Below are positions 12,313 to 26,744 of a DNA stretch of 64,000 nt, one piece after another. Position 1 is the first letter of the stretch. Every line of letters begins with the position of its first letter. Source of the stretch: Octopus sinensis (Eukaryota); the NCBI RefSeq assembly GCF_006345805.1, contig NC_043012.1:31310001-31374000 (forward strand), read 5' to 3'. A model generated the notes under the pieces. That model saw nothing but the letters and a program-made list of their open reading frames with translations. It did not search any database and was not told where the DNA came from. Position numbers and translations under genes: made by a program.

Positions 12313-12691
12313 CTACGTGCTTACACACACAAACACATGCACACAATCACACAGATGTAATTATGCACACAGGTATAAACATAAACACGCACACATATCT
12401 ACAGCTTGCCTATCCGTATATCTGAGGACGTAGAGGCATATGCACCTACGAAACTTTAAAATTATGTGGAGCTTAGTAAACTTATTAATAAATACAATTC
12501 CAACGAAATGTCTTCATATAGTTTCTATATATGTAGTTGTTACTGTTACCTTTCTGTCGGCTGCTGATGACTTTGTTCTACGGCTGACGTCGGAAAGACA
12601 CTCCGTCCATTTTTTGAAAAACAGTGAAACGTCGTCTGAAACGTCGAAACAACGTGCTCGCCAAGTTAAATGTCCCCTTCACAACCAAGAT

Positions 12692-12950
12692 GGAGGTTAG
12701 TGGCTTAGTGGTTAGGGTGCCAGCACCATGATCGTAAGATCGTGGTTTCGATTCCTGGACCGGGCGACGCGTTGTTTCCTTGAGCAAAACACTTCATTTC
12801 ACGTTGCTCCAGTCCACTCAGCTGGCAAAAATGAGTAACGCTGCGATGGACTGGCGTCCCGTCCAGATGGGGAACACATACACCATAGAAACCGGGAAAC
12901 CGGGCCCATGAGCCTGGCTAGGCTTTAAAAGGGCGCATTTATATTTATTT
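12692..12950 (+). mobile_element. SINE family C: tRNA head, CORE-like domain, V-domain-like segment
   Basis: A box tggcttagtgg, B box ggtttcgattcc, ccttgagcaaaacactt...gctccagtccactcagctgg, then ctgcgatggactggcgtcccgtccag. Confidence 0.8.
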
Positions 12951-13659
12951 CACAACCAAGAAAAGAACTCACCAACTCAGTCTACAGCATTTTGAGGGCA
13001 ACCAGAAGTTCATATGGATGGTTGGTTTTAAAATCTGCACCTTCAAAATCTGAATGAATCTTTCACTCCCTTCTACCCTTTGATCGTAACAAACACGTAT
13101 AATCTATTTTAGTATAAACATGCACTCACGCGCAGATATTTTTGCTCGTATTGCATAAATCAACGACCATGAAAATGACTCAATCTCTATGTATATGCTA
13201 CAATTAGTTTCATGCAAGAGGTAGGAGCTTAATGGTTTTCATTACTATAATCGTATCTATCTTCAGGCTTTATGTCGCTTTTATTTATTTTCAGCTAGAG
13301 ATGAAGATCGCGTTAAGTAGAGGGCTCTGAAGTAGTTAGGCGCTTGGTAGGTAACCCTTAAATCTTACCCGAATGAATGTAAACGAATTCAATTTGCTTA
13401 CCAATTAAACAGGTCGTTTTCGTCATTCCTCTGAACTATGGTACTTCGCATTGAGTCTCCTTTTAAAACGAAATGAAATGTTCAGAATACATACGTGGAC
13501 TACTAAGTCAAAGAAACGACTAATACTTCTATTATTTTGGTTTAAGTATTATGGACGACAAAACACTCACAATATGTTCTACATGTAGAAACCATTTCCA
13601 CTAACAAAATAAACCTTTATGATTACTTCTCGTATTTAAAGTGGATTATAAATTGCCCT

Positions 13660-13950
13660 ATCAGACGTAGTTGGATTAGAAGTGCTGGGAGCAAAATGCC
13701 TTGTGGTTTTACTGGGAGGTTATTCATAATGTTGTACTTTCCAACATTGAATAGAAACGAATAAAAGAAAAAAAAGAAGATATTTAGCGTAACCGCTTTG
13801 TTTCCCAGACTCTATGCACGCTACTCTCAAGTTTCCACAAATAATGCAAATGTGTTCGAAGTATTTCAACTTTTCTGTACGACTCTCATGACTTCGCTGC
13901 TCACAAGTTGTCTTTCCCTGTATTATAATGTACAATTTATAGTGCTGTGC
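13660..13950 (+). repeat. Diverged ~290-bp direct repeat, copy 1
   Basis: Colinear similarity to 16493-16773 (acgtagttgga..., ttttctgtacgactctcatg..., tttatagtg). Confidence 0.85.
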
Positions 13951-15079
13951 AAAAAAGGCCTCTTCTCTTACGCAGTACGAAATTCTTCACATCGGTTGCG
14001 AGTTTCTGCGCGATGTAGCTTTACAGTCTGAGGCTCAAATCATGTCCATTCATAAAACAAGCTCGCAAGCCGTTTGTCTTTAAGTTCGCTGTATGAAGGC
14101 GAATAATTGAAAGTGTAAAAATATAGCCATTGGAACGCTGTTCAAGTTTCCTTTTAGCCATAAAATGTCAATAGAGTTCTCGTCTAGTTTATTTCCAGAG
14201 TGCAACGAGGTAAGTCTGAACTTGTTTCGCTTTATCTCTAATCCCTCACCGATTTTTTCTATTACTCAAACAACCATTTGGCTGGCAGTGTAAATTGTTT
14301 GGTAAAATTAATTACTATCAATCATAGGTATTCTACTTTCTCTTCTGCTACCGGCAAAAATTTACAGTTTATACATTGAAGAATAACGATTATATTTTAT
14401 GAATGTAAAAACTAATTACGTTATCTTTTTGTTGCATACCAGTTGCCATGCCGAATGTTATTCTGTCAACCAATCACTACTAACATTAGTTTAGCTACAC
14501 ATCCCCATACTGACGTCTGGTTATTTCAGCCAATCGACATCAAGTATTTTGTCGGGAGACAAAGGTTAGAAACATCGATGTTTGTGTGTCCAGTGTTTGC
14601 ATTACATCAAATGCTGACCTAAAATGAGTCAGTATTTGCTCAGATTATCAGATAATGAAATATTGTGGACGGCAAACCAGGGAGACAAAGAAAAACCGAT
14701 TAAAACATTCATACACTTTTTAAATGTTTGTCTCATTTATCTTGTAATAGATCATAGGCCGTCGCTTACCTGATTCTAGTATCTGTTTAAAATAGAAAAT
14801 TTGAATGGAATTATGCAGGAACAAAATTGCAAATAAATTCGTATTATTCCATATAATACGATTGAGATGAGTTTTGCAATGTAAACAGTTAAAAGCATCA
14901 TCATTTCGCTGAAAACATTCCGAGTTAAAAGAGCAAAACGGTTGATGGGTGCACTCTATGAACCAGCAGGATTTTGGAAATTCTTGGTAAAAATGACTTA
15001 TCTGACTAATAGACCATACTAATTTGACAATACTCTCAATCTCACACAAAATGTTTTCCTAAAAGCGGAAATATAGTGC

Positions 15080-15995
<916 letters not shown>

Positions 15996-16492
15996 TTGCC
16001 TGTCTGTATATAAATGTTTATGTATGTATACATATTTTTTTGTATGTATATACATATGTTTGCATGCATATGTGTATATGCATTTGTATACATATATATA
16101 TATAGGTATATATCTATATATAATACATATATATGTATAGACTAACAGATTACACACACACACACACACACTAACACACACATATATAATATCACACATT
16201 CACAGAAACGTAGAACATGCATATGTACATATATGCACATATTTGGAAAAAAGACTTACCAGATCTTCATAGCTTTCGAATTTGTTGTCGCCCCTTAATG
16301 CTTTCACAACTCACTGGAATTCTATTCAGACAATTTTGACAACAGGTTTAAGGCGAACTACTTACGTACGTAGTTTATCATTCATAACCATCCGTATGAT
16401 TGGCCATTAAATTTCACTGCCTTCCAGATTCCGTGTTTCCGAGCAGGAATCTGGAGTTAATTCCCTTTTCGAAAGCATTTGTAAATTGTTTC

Positions 16493-16773
16493 ATCAAACG
16501 TAGTTGGATAAATACGTGCTGGGAGTAAAATGGTTTGTGGTTTCACTGGGAAATTATCCATAACTTCCCAACATTAAATTCTCTTTCCATAAATAGAAAC
16601 GAAAACCCCCCAGAAATTCAATGTTACCGCTTCGTTTGCCAGACAATATGTAAACTACTTTCAAATTTCCATATATAATGCAAATGTATTCAAACTTTTC
16701 TGTACGACTCTCATGGCTTCGCAGTCCACAGGTTGCCTTTCCCTCTATCATACTGTACGATTTATAGTGGTGC
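16493..16773 (+). repeat. Diverged ~290-bp direct repeat, copy 2
   Basis: See 13660-13950. Confidence 0.85.
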
Positions 16774-16811
16774 AGGCATTTTATTCATTATTAGCTTACA
16801 GTCAGTCAAAG

Positions 16812-17015
16812 GTTGCAAGCTGGCAGAATCTTTATCACGCCGTGCAAAGTGCTTTGCATTATTTCGTCCGTTTTCATGTTCTGAGTTCAAATGCCACCGA
16901 GTTTAATTTTGTCTTTTATCTTTTCAGGGTCGATAAAATAAGTACCAGTTGAACACTGGGTTTGACTTACTTTCTCCTCCGAACTTACTGGCCTTGTGCC
17001 AAAATTTGAAACCAT
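16812..17015 (+). mobile_element. SINE family B2
   Basis: gcaagctggcagaatc...gagttcaaatgcc...tail ctggccttgtgccaaaatttgaaaccatt. Confidence 0.85.
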
Positions 17016-18359
17016 TATTAGTTTTCAGTCTTGTTCCTTGATTCTGTCACTGTAATACACCAATTACATGGTTGCGACGTAAAGGATTAGTAGAAATTAA
17101 CTTGACTTTCACGTTAGAGTATGAATTATGGTTACGAATTTTAATTTTAAATAAACTGAACAGTTCGAAACGAAGAATATATCACAGGTAGTTTTTCTGA
17201 AAATACAAAAAACAAACAAAAAATATTCGCAGTTCTGGATATCGTTTAGTGACTAAAGTTTATTTGTTAGAGTGTATTTGAAACCAGTTCTTCCCCGAGT
17301 TACCCTAAAAGTACCTTTACGTTCAAAAATGTAAAATTATATAAGGCCAATGTAATATAATATAAACTTGTATTATTTAAAAAAAATAGCATAAGTATTG
17401 TGATTGTCTATCAGCAGGCAATAATAAATCAATGATAGAACAATAATAGATCAAAAGGAAATACAGCAGGTTTCTTTGGGGATATGGCGTGCGTTTGCAA
17501 GTATGTTACAAAATTATACGATATTGTTAACATATATGCTAATAATATAGTAATGCTTCTTGCGTTGTTATAAGCTGAGTAATAAGCATAAGATACGATA
17601 TAATAGGATAGATATAGACAATACGTTATTTGAATAGTGTTATCATATAACATCACCTTAGCTACCAGCATTAATTCAAGTAACAGCATGATCCACTGCA
17701 GTGATATTCATACCAACAACACTGATAATAATTCAGTAACAAAGAATAGTCATCTCAAGTTAAGGTCGTCTGACTTAAGAAAATATTGCAAGCAGACGAA
17801 GAGGATAGTAGTCATAAATTATTTTTCTAATATCTTTCATTGATCAGGATTAGCAAGGGGAGGATTTTCGCATCAATTGTTGAATCTCCTTTGCCTGCTA
17901 ATTGACAATATTGATCGCGTCAAAGAAAATGTAGAACTGTTATCGTTTGCGAAACGTCTATATTGATGAATTCTAGACCATCCATTCATCCATGAATTAG
18001 ATCGACTTAATTCAAAGACGGTGTAGAATTTTTACTGTCTACTAAATGTCTGTATTATTCCTGTAATTTTGTGATGTATAGAATAACCATTGTTTGCTAA
18101 AGGACAACAATGATCATGTCGTGTTCATTTAATCATAGATGATCACTGATAGCTGATAAAATATGAAGTTTATCGATATTATTTCAATAATATCGTTACT
18201 AGATCGGACGATATACATGGCGGCATTTCCACTAATTATATTTTGAGTTCAAATTCCACAATTTGCTTTTCATCCTTTCAGTGAGACAGACTGACACTGA
18301 AGTAGCTTCGCTGACTGACAGGTAACGGTCTCGTTTAGAGAATGCATGGGCTAAGACTA

Positions 18360-18480
18360 CGCGCCTTCATTGGTCAGTTAAAGCTGAGACAGTGTCACGT
18401 GACAACTTGCGGGGGCTGCTTGCTGGAGTCTAGCAGCAGGTATTTAAACCAGCGAAACATATATTTTTCAGTTTGAAAAA
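18360..18480 (+). promoter_or_regulatory. Candidate Pol II core promoter
   Basis: ATTGG (reverse CCAAT) 18369-73, palindrome TGTCACGTGACA 18393-404, TATTTAAA 18441-48, Inr-like TCAGTT 18468-73 (A at 18470, TATA at -29); non-repetitive, CpG-enriched context. Confidence 0.45.
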
Positions 18481-18751
18481 CAGCTAGTTGAAGCTTGAAA
18501 CTCATAAACAGAGTAACCCTCTGAAAACATTATTAAAATAAAAATTAACCCCACAAAAAAGCCATCTCTACTCGTAAAGAATAAAAAGTTTTGAATGGTA
18601 CAACAATTCACTATAATACGAACAATGGACTATATACCTGTTGTAATTTAGGCATCCATAGTCTGATATGATATTTCGGACTAAAATTCCTTCTTCAGAT
18701 ATTCTTAAATGGAGTCGCTGCTATAATCGTGATCGTTTTCCAGCGGCTTTG

Positions 18752-18783
<32 letters not shown>

Positions 18784-19654
18784 GCACACACACACATACA
18801 CACACACACACACATTGTATGTATATGCATAGTGTTAGAGCGTAACTGAATCGTTGATAGTGAAAAGGGTTTTCTATCAATTGCTTCAGTGCTCAGGCTT
18901 GGAGAGACTTACAGAACTAATTAGAGAGATAAAGTACTTTTCCCGTGGTACTAAGCATATTCATCGAAAATATTTTGGTCGACAAATTGGTCGAAAGATA
19001 TATTCTTAGAAAATTATATTTGTTGGAAAACGTATTTGTATAAAATTCAAACTGGTACAAGAAAAACAACATATCTATAGAAAACATATAAGTTGACATC
19101 AATTTCCAGGATAGATATATTTGTCGAAAAATATATAGGACAATCATTATAATCTTTTAAAACAGCTTATAGTAATTTGAAATTCATAACAAATTTTAAA
19201 ATGAAATGTATTTTCAATTTATTTCCAGATAATTTGTTTTTGAGACGAAAATGAATATTATTTTAAGGAAATGAATTTGTGCGCCTAGGGCAACTAGCTT
19301 TAAATTCTCAGTAGAATTTTAATCAGTGATTTTTGTTATAATAATCCCTTGTATGATATCTTCTGTTATAACGACAAAGGAATGAATGTAATAATGAAAT
19401 ATTTTGTAAAAATATAGTCGTTAGAGCTGTATTTTTACACCTTTTAAGCTTTAAAGCAAAGAGGAATAATCGTAGGCGTATTCCTGACCGCTGATCAAAT
19501 ACCTAAATTCACATTTAAGAACAACGCCTCTCACTACTCTGAGGAGTGCACATTGTCGAACTGCCCCATCAATGACAGAGGACCTATGTTATAAATGAGA
19601 TCATCTGTGGAAAATGTGACGCATCCAACATAGGAAGCACGACAAGAAAACTCT

Positions 19655-19875
19655 TTACTCTTTTGACTCTTTTATTTGTTTCAGACATTTGACTGTGGCC
19701 ATGCTGAAGCACCGCCTTTAGTCGAGAAAATCGACCCCAGGATTTATTCTTTGTAAGCCTAGTACTTATTCTATCGGTTTCTTTCGTCGAAGCGCTAGGT
19801 TACGGGGACATAAACACACCAGCATCGGTTATCAAGCGATGTTGGGGGGACAAACACAGACACAAAAACATATAC
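19655..19875 (-). mobile_element. SINE family A 3' half
   Basis: tttgtttcagacatttgactgtggccatgctgaagcaccgcc...ggacataaacacaccagcatcgg. Confidence 0.85.
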
Positions 19876-19911
19876 TCACACATACATACATATATATATA
19901 TACATACATAC

Positions 19912-20003
<92 letters not shown>

Positions 20004-20014
20004 ATAATTAATAA

Positions 20015-20220
20015 ATATAAGGCTAGCAAAGAATTCTAGAAAAAATTCTCCGCTAACAGCGGTCCAGCGAGAAAGATAAGATAGTCAAAGACTATATAAT
20101 GTACATTCAAAAATATAAGGAATGGCCATAATAGGACATTCGATTCACTAGAAAGTGCAGCCAAACTCAAACCGCTAATAGTTGTAATTCTGAAATTGAA
20201 AGAGAAATAAAAACGTTTAC
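20015..20220 (+). mobile_element. Family E-related repeat inside (TA)n
   Basis: atagtcaaagacta...ggaatggcc...ctagaaagtgcagccaaactcaaaccgc, similar to 39440-39570. Confidence 0.6.
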
Positions 20221-20429
20221 CCCTTTCATCTCTGGACTATGCATAGTTTCAGCAAACTTTGGTAAACAAATTAATTAAATTAGATTAAATTTATTTACAA
20301 CTGGCGTGCCTCGTCAGCAGAGAAGCCAAGGACGATTATATATCCACGAGGCAATGGTAAGGAAACCTCCAGTCTATATGCTCTAAATTTTCAAAATTCT
20401 ACCGCAATCGCGCGGTCTTCTTGAGAGTA

Positions 20430-20499
<70 letters not shown>

Positions 20500-20517
20500 A
20501 TGTCGTATATATGTATA

Positions 20518-20568
<51 letters not shown>

Positions 20569-20623
20569 TATATATATATAAATATAAAGAAGCCCGTCGT
20601 ATATATGTATATATGTATATATA

Positions 20624-20685
<62 letters not shown>

Positions 20686-20691
20686 TACATA

Positions 20692-20842
20692 TATACGACG
20701 GGCTTCTTTCAGTTTCCGTCTACCAAATCCACCCACAAGGCTTTAGTCAGTCCGAGGCTATAGTAGAAGACACTTGCCCAAGGTGCCACGCAGTGGGACT
20801 GAACCCGGAACCATGTGGTTCGTAAGCAAGCTACCTAGCACA
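20692..20842 (-). mobile_element. SINE family A 5' half
   Basis: acgacgggcttctttcagtttccg...caaggtgccacgcagtgggactgaacccggaaccatgtgg. Confidence 0.9.
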
Positions 20843-20844
20843 CA

Positions 20845-21125
20845 TTAAGAAACACATGCAGGCAGACACTTCCGGAAATGCCAGACCCGGGAATTCACAG
20901 TGCACATCAAGGCAATACAGCGGAACAGGAGCAAATTTAGAATCTCTGAGGCCATCCTCATTCATCAAAAGAAACCTAAGATCAACAACAGAAGACAGTT
21001 ACATAAAGCTAGCTGGTTGCTATAGCAACACCTTTCTCCACATGTCTACTTCACACACGCTCACATACACCGGCAACATTCATTTATTTCTTGAAAATGG
21101 GGTCATAACCCCGAAATATTGAATA
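20845..21125 (+). mobile_element. Penelope-like element 3' end: GIY-YIG C-terminus followed by a hammerhead-like motif (21086-21124)
   Basis: Frame THAGRHFRKC...FRISEAILIHQKKPKINNR...*; then AUUU-CUUGAAAAU-GGGG(UCAUAA)CCCC-GAAA-UAU-U-GAAU. Confidence 0.7.
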
Positions 21126-21180
21126 CAAATTCACATAATTTCTTGCGATTTACCTTGCATTTACTTCACACTGTTTTGGC

Positions 21181-21255
21181 CTTACCCAAGGTGCCACGCA
21201 GTGAGCCCGGAACCATGTGGTTGGGAAGCAAGCTTCTTGCCACAGAGCCATGGAT
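21181..21255 (-). mobile_element. SINE family A 5' fragment
   Basis: cccaaggtgccacgcagtg...ggaaccatgtggttgggaagc. Confidence 0.8.
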
Positions 21256-21613
21256 GTGGATGAAAAGCCTTAAAAATTAAGTGGAATCCAGACAACAATG
21301 AAATTATTATACTCACGGTCATCAAATAAATATCCAGCATGCTGCATGCTGAAAGATTAAGAGAAAAAATAAATAACCAAACAAAAGCGTAAGTAGATAA
21401 GGGGAAGATTTCTAAATATGGAGATAACGTCTGAATCAAGCTAAAACAAAAACCGGAAAACAATGAATATTCTCAAACCACAATGTATCTCAAGAACTGT
21501 ATTTATTTATATCGTTTTTATGATTGAAGTAGCTGGGGGCATCTTGTTCAAATAAAGAAGTATTGTGTCAGCAATAGGAATTTGTTAGGTGTGTGTATAT
21601 GTATGCATGTATG

Positions 21614-21644
<31 letters not shown>

Positions 21645-21669
21645 ACAATGATAAATATCATATATATAC

Positions 21670-21718
<49 letters not shown>

Positions 21719-22109
21719 CACACACACACATATATATATATACATACATATATATACATATATATATATACATACATATATATACATATATATATATACA
21801 TAATTTTATATATATATATATAATTTATATATATAATTTTATTTAATTTATATTAAAATTTTTTAATGTATTGGATTAAGTCTTTCTTTGTTTGATTTGC
21901 AAAATAGTGGTTTTGTCTCTAATTAATATTATATAATATTTTACTATAAAATTGGATTCAATCCTAAATCTGATTTTCCCTGTAAATTTGGATTTATTCC
22001 CTAATATTTATTATTATATATATACATATATATATATATCTATATATAAACACAGACTTATCTGCACACATATGCTGACGCATAAATCACATCATACATA
22101 CATAAATAA

Positions 22110-22133
22110 TCTATCTATCTATCTATCTATCTG

Positions 22134-22173
<40 letters not shown>

Positions 22174-22174
22174 A

Positions 22175-22268
<94 letters not shown>

Positions 22269-22280
22269 GTCTATCTATCT
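22110..22280. repeat. (TATC)n microsatellite
   Basis: Directly visible. Confidence 0.95.
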
Positions 22281-22554
22281 ACCTTCATTCAGACATATGG
22301 CGATCAAGTATGACCATGTTTTGTGTTTGTTTTACTATCGGTTAAACGAAAAAAAGAAAACGACTTTTACTCATCTCGCAATGACGGAGATATTCAATAA
22401 TTTGGTTTTACCAAACAAACTCCTACTGCACACCCATATTACCTCAATGGGCAATGTCCCGTGGCCGACCATAGGCTCTCAGCTGTTTCCACCCATAGCA
22501 CACCTTCAGCGTGTCCACACTTAAGTTTTGGCTTTTGTTGCACGTACCTTTCCT

Positions 22555-22850
22555 TTAACAGGTTACGACCTGGAGGGGTTCCAGTCGATCCGATCAACAG
22601 CACACTCTGCTCGTGAGATTAATGTGAAAGTGGCTGACTAAGCACTTCACAGACGCGCGTACTCTTATCGTAGTCCTCAAGGAGATTCAGCGTGACACAG
22701 AGTCTAAAGGTATAACTCGTTTTTTGCCAGCTGAGTGGAGTGAAGTGGATCAACGTGAAATAAAACGTCTTGCTGAAGGACACAATGCGCCGTCAAGAAT
22801 AGAACTCACGACCGCGAGCCGAATATTTGAACCACCTCACTGAACCACCT
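22555..22850 (-). mobile_element. SINE family C'
   Basis: Reverse complement of 53003-53273 (gatccgatcaac...cagcgtgacacagag...ccagctgagtggag...gaatagaactcacgacc). Confidence 0.8.
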
Positions 22851-23189
22851 GGTCAACGCCACTGAACACTGGAGATCCTCTCCTCGTCAGTCAAATTACT
22901 GTTAAATTACTATAAAGTTAACTACCCATGTATGTATGTATTCAGTTGAGAAATTATTAAACGCGTATGATGAAAGAAAAGTGTGGCCATTGCCAATTGC
23001 AAAATATACGTAAAATATTGTCAATAAATATAACAATAAACCTGAAAACTGTCATTGATCAAGACCCAAACCTTTCTATTTTATAACAAAGAGGAATAAT
23101 AGGTAAATATTTATGCTGCACCAAGTGTGTGTGTGTGTATGTGTGTGTGTGTGTGTGTTTGCGTTTACCACCCCATCGGGCGATGGTGT

Positions 23190-23482
23190 GTTTTCTTTTG
23201 CCGATCCGTTAAGTTAGAGGGACGTAAACACACCAACATCGGCTGTCAAGCGATGGTGGGGGAACAAGCACAGACACACACAGTTATATCTATATCTATC
23301 TATATATATATTTATACGAAGGGCTTCTTTCAGTTTCTGTCTACCAAATCCACTCACAAGGCTTCGGTCGACCCGAGGCTATAGTGAAAGACACTTGCCT
23401 AAGGTGCCACTCAGTGGGACTGAACTTGGAACTATGTGGCTGGTAAGCAAGCTTCTTACCACACAGCCACTCCTGCGCCTAT
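23190..23482 (-). mobile_element. SINE family A
   Basis: Runs to the 5' end ccacacagccactcctgcgcc. Confidence 0.85.
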
Positions 23483-23582
23483 GGCTACTTATCATACAGC
23501 CATTCTTGCTCCTATAACTACTTACCACTCTGCTACTCCTGTGCCGATAGCTACTTACCACACAGTCACTCCTGCGCCTTTA
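23455..23582. repeat. 33-bp minisatellite, 4 copies, derived from the SINE A 5' end including the A box
   Basis: Units start at 23455, 23488, 23521 and 23554 (cttaccacacagccactcctgcgcctatggcta-like). Confidence 0.9.
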
Positions 23583-23976
23583 TATATTATTTATGGGCAT
23601 TCCAGAAGCATGAAGGAGTTGGGTTCCTGTTAGGGGCTCGCGAAACTTGAAGTAGCACGGAACTAAATCAATCTGTTCTAAATAATACATGTAACTTCTA
23701 CTAAATGTATTGAGTGCCCTTTCGTTTTCCCACTCACTCGTATAGTTGCTATTTTAAGTTACATAAAGATGAGAACTTAAGTGCAGCTTTTGGTGGTCCA
23801 AATCGGATATGCAATCTATGTGTGTGTATTTTCAAAACATTGATTTAAAAAGCCACACATCAGATGCCATGGTTGTTCTAAGGTGTAGGTACAGGAGGTG
23901 GTCAAACTCTACATAAAGAGCAGACAGCCACCATATATATATCCATACATACATACATACATACATACATATGTAT

Positions 23977-24007
<31 letters not shown>

Positions 24008-24393
24008 CATACGCAGACATCTACCTACACATACACAAATAACTCACCAACACACGTCGCCATACTTCCACGAACTCATAATATTCTCTCAACCTTAATT
24101 TGAAATTGGATACGGATTTCACCAATATATCGGAGGACATTTATGAATAAATTCAGTATAATATGATCAATATTTGTCAGATTACAGAAAACGACAATTT
24201 TTCATAGTATATGAATCAACATACACAATTCCAAGTATGATTCACATAATTAAAGGACTAATACATACATTTAGTAGACAATAAAAGTTAATCTAGTTAA
24301 CCGAATGCTATCATTGTAGACATTTTGATAACATCCTACATCTTCGCTTCTCTCTCTCTGTCATTCTGTGTGTGTATATATATATGTTTGTGT

Positions 24394-24431
<38 letters not shown>

Positions 24432-24462
24432 TATATATATGTACGTATATATACATACATAC

Positions 24463-24506
<44 letters not shown>

Positions 24507-24999
24507 ATATATGTAACAATTATTTGGTAGCCATGATAAAACTCAGAGTTTCGGATGATATATATATATAGAAAATGTTAACCCAAGGAAACCCTCAACG
24601 ACTCTATTATAAACACATCAAATCCCACAACCTATCTATATAAACATTATGGGAATTAATATTTTAGTGTAAGATATACCCCTATCTATACAAGTATAAA
24701 TTATCATTTTTTTAAATGTCAAACATAAGTTAATAGTATTTAAAAAGATTGTTTAGTAGAGACCATTATATACGTTATAAATTTATTGAATAAAACTAAT
24801 AAAAAACCTAGTAAAAAAGTTAACATAGGAAGAATACTTATCGACATAATGTTTACTCCTTCTCGTTCCTGTGCAAATGGCTGCTCCCTTTGTCATGTGC
24901 TAAGTATTATGGGAATAGCATAAATAAAATAAAATACTCTGAAAAATTCTCTAATACTAATAGTATTAAGTTGAATTCAGAATCGAAGACATCTAATTT

Positions 25000-26439
25000 T
25001 ATTTAATTTAGTGCAAAAACTCAGCACGCAAAATTTCAGCACAGTTGAAGACATTTTAGAGGTTGCTAACTTCCACTGAATATTTTGTATATCGCTATTT
25101 TTCAGTTTGTATTTATTGTATATTTTCTGTCCCCTTGCCATCTTCTATTGACCCTGACATACAACTGTTTAAGAGATTCAAAGCAAAGTGGGTGGAAATT
25201 GACAAGAAGAGAAAATCTCAGATGCTGAAGAAATCATTCAATTTGCCCAAGCTCAGCTTGATGCACAGCAACCTCATGATGACTACAAGGAATTACTCGA
25301 GTTAATGCTAATTTTCCTCGGTAGTACCCCCAAGTCATGAATCAACTTTAAAGCACCCGGAGCTTATCACAGAGCACGATGGATGACCAAGCTAATTTAA
25401 TGCATTAAAATTTTGATGTTTAAATCTCAGTTTAAACTAACTGAGAGATGTTTACTACTTTTCAGCTGCGATATACATCAGATCGTGGTACCTGGCATCT
25501 ATACGCTCATGCGCCCTCAGTTCAGATTTGCATTTTGTGCAAAGTCTGCAGCTCTGCAGGCAAAAGGTTGACAAAATTTCAAGTGCTGCACTCAATAAGT
25601 TTTTGAGACATTTGTGGTACCTCTCTGAGGAACTTGTGACGGTTGCGTTTTTTGATTCAACTGTTTCGCATGAGAAAAAACAAAAAATAAAATTAAGCAT
25701 GCTCTGCAGAAACTAGTTGGCTGAAACCCGAGTAAACGAGCATCAATAAATCCAGAATCAGCTGGACAGAAAAACTGCAGGATTTCGTTACTGCCAGCTC
25801 AAAAAGATTCTTTGAAATCCTAGAGGTACCTTGCACTTTTCTTGAAAAAGATTCTGTAGAATGGAATGATAACGAAAGTTATGCGAATGCAAAAGATATC
25901 GTATATGGACTCAAAGTGGTAAACGACATTGCAGAAAGAGGTGCACGACTGATGGAGGAATACAACAAACTGATAACCAATGATGAAGAGCAGAAACAGT
26001 ACCTTCTTCAAATTGTTAAAAGTTACAGGTCGTCATTCTCAAACAAAAACAAGAAAACATTACTCTTGCTCCACAAAAAAATCCCAAAATAAACTTACAT
26101 GTGTGGTTATGATGTGCCTACTGGGAATCTTCCACATAAAAAAAGTTAACGCGCTATACGCTGTACCTCACTACGTACTATAGCCTAATATGTCATTAAT
26201 TCTTTTTTAAAACTAGCTTAACTAGGTACATATCAAAGCCGTTCCAGCGAATATATCAACGAAACAATATTTTTGAGCACAAACTGATATACATTTATTT
26301 TTAAAGCGTGGTAGCAACCGCTAATTTTTTCTTTTTCAACCCCAAATTTCGCATACAATGCTTTCTTAGGAATATGAAGAAAATAGAGGGTGTCTCTCTG
26401 AAAATTACAAAAAATTGCATCCTTTTTTGCATCACCCTA
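25000..26439 (+). mobile_element. 5'-truncated hAT-like DNA transposon with a putative right terminus
   Basis: Ends ...ttttttgcatcacccta (reverse complement TAGGGTGATGCAAAAAA), resembling TAG-starting hATm termini; no left TIR found in the window. Confidence 0.6.
25138..26092 (+). pseudogene. Degenerate hAT-superfamily (hATm-like) transposase, C-terminal two-thirds
   Basis: Across frameshifts: PDIQLFKRF..W, QPHDDYKELLEL.LIFLG, APGAYHRARWM, HLWYLSEELV.VAFFD, LKVVNDIAERG (putative third catalytic E at 25934-36). Confidence 0.8.
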
Positions 26440-26521
26440 ATATATATCTATCTATATCTATATTTATATATTTATATATCTATATCTATATTTATATATC
26501 TATATATCTCTATCTATCTAC

Positions 26522-26635
<114 letters not shown>

Positions 26636-26671
26636 GTCTGTCTGTCTGTCTATCAATCTATCTATCTATCA

Positions 26672-26741
<70 letters not shown>

Positions 26742-26744
<3 letters not shown>

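Noticed and set aside
12692-12770. tRNA genes at SINE heads (also 40075, 48554, 53003)
   Set aside because: A and B boxes are present, but there is no full cloverleaf and each continues into a SINE body
13278-13352. Candidate plus-strand exon with good acceptor and donor
   Set aside because: Stops in all three frames and no supporting neighbouring exons
23455-23582. CRISPR-like array
   Set aside because: Contiguous 33-bp units with no unique spacers; derived from a SINE; eukaryotic context
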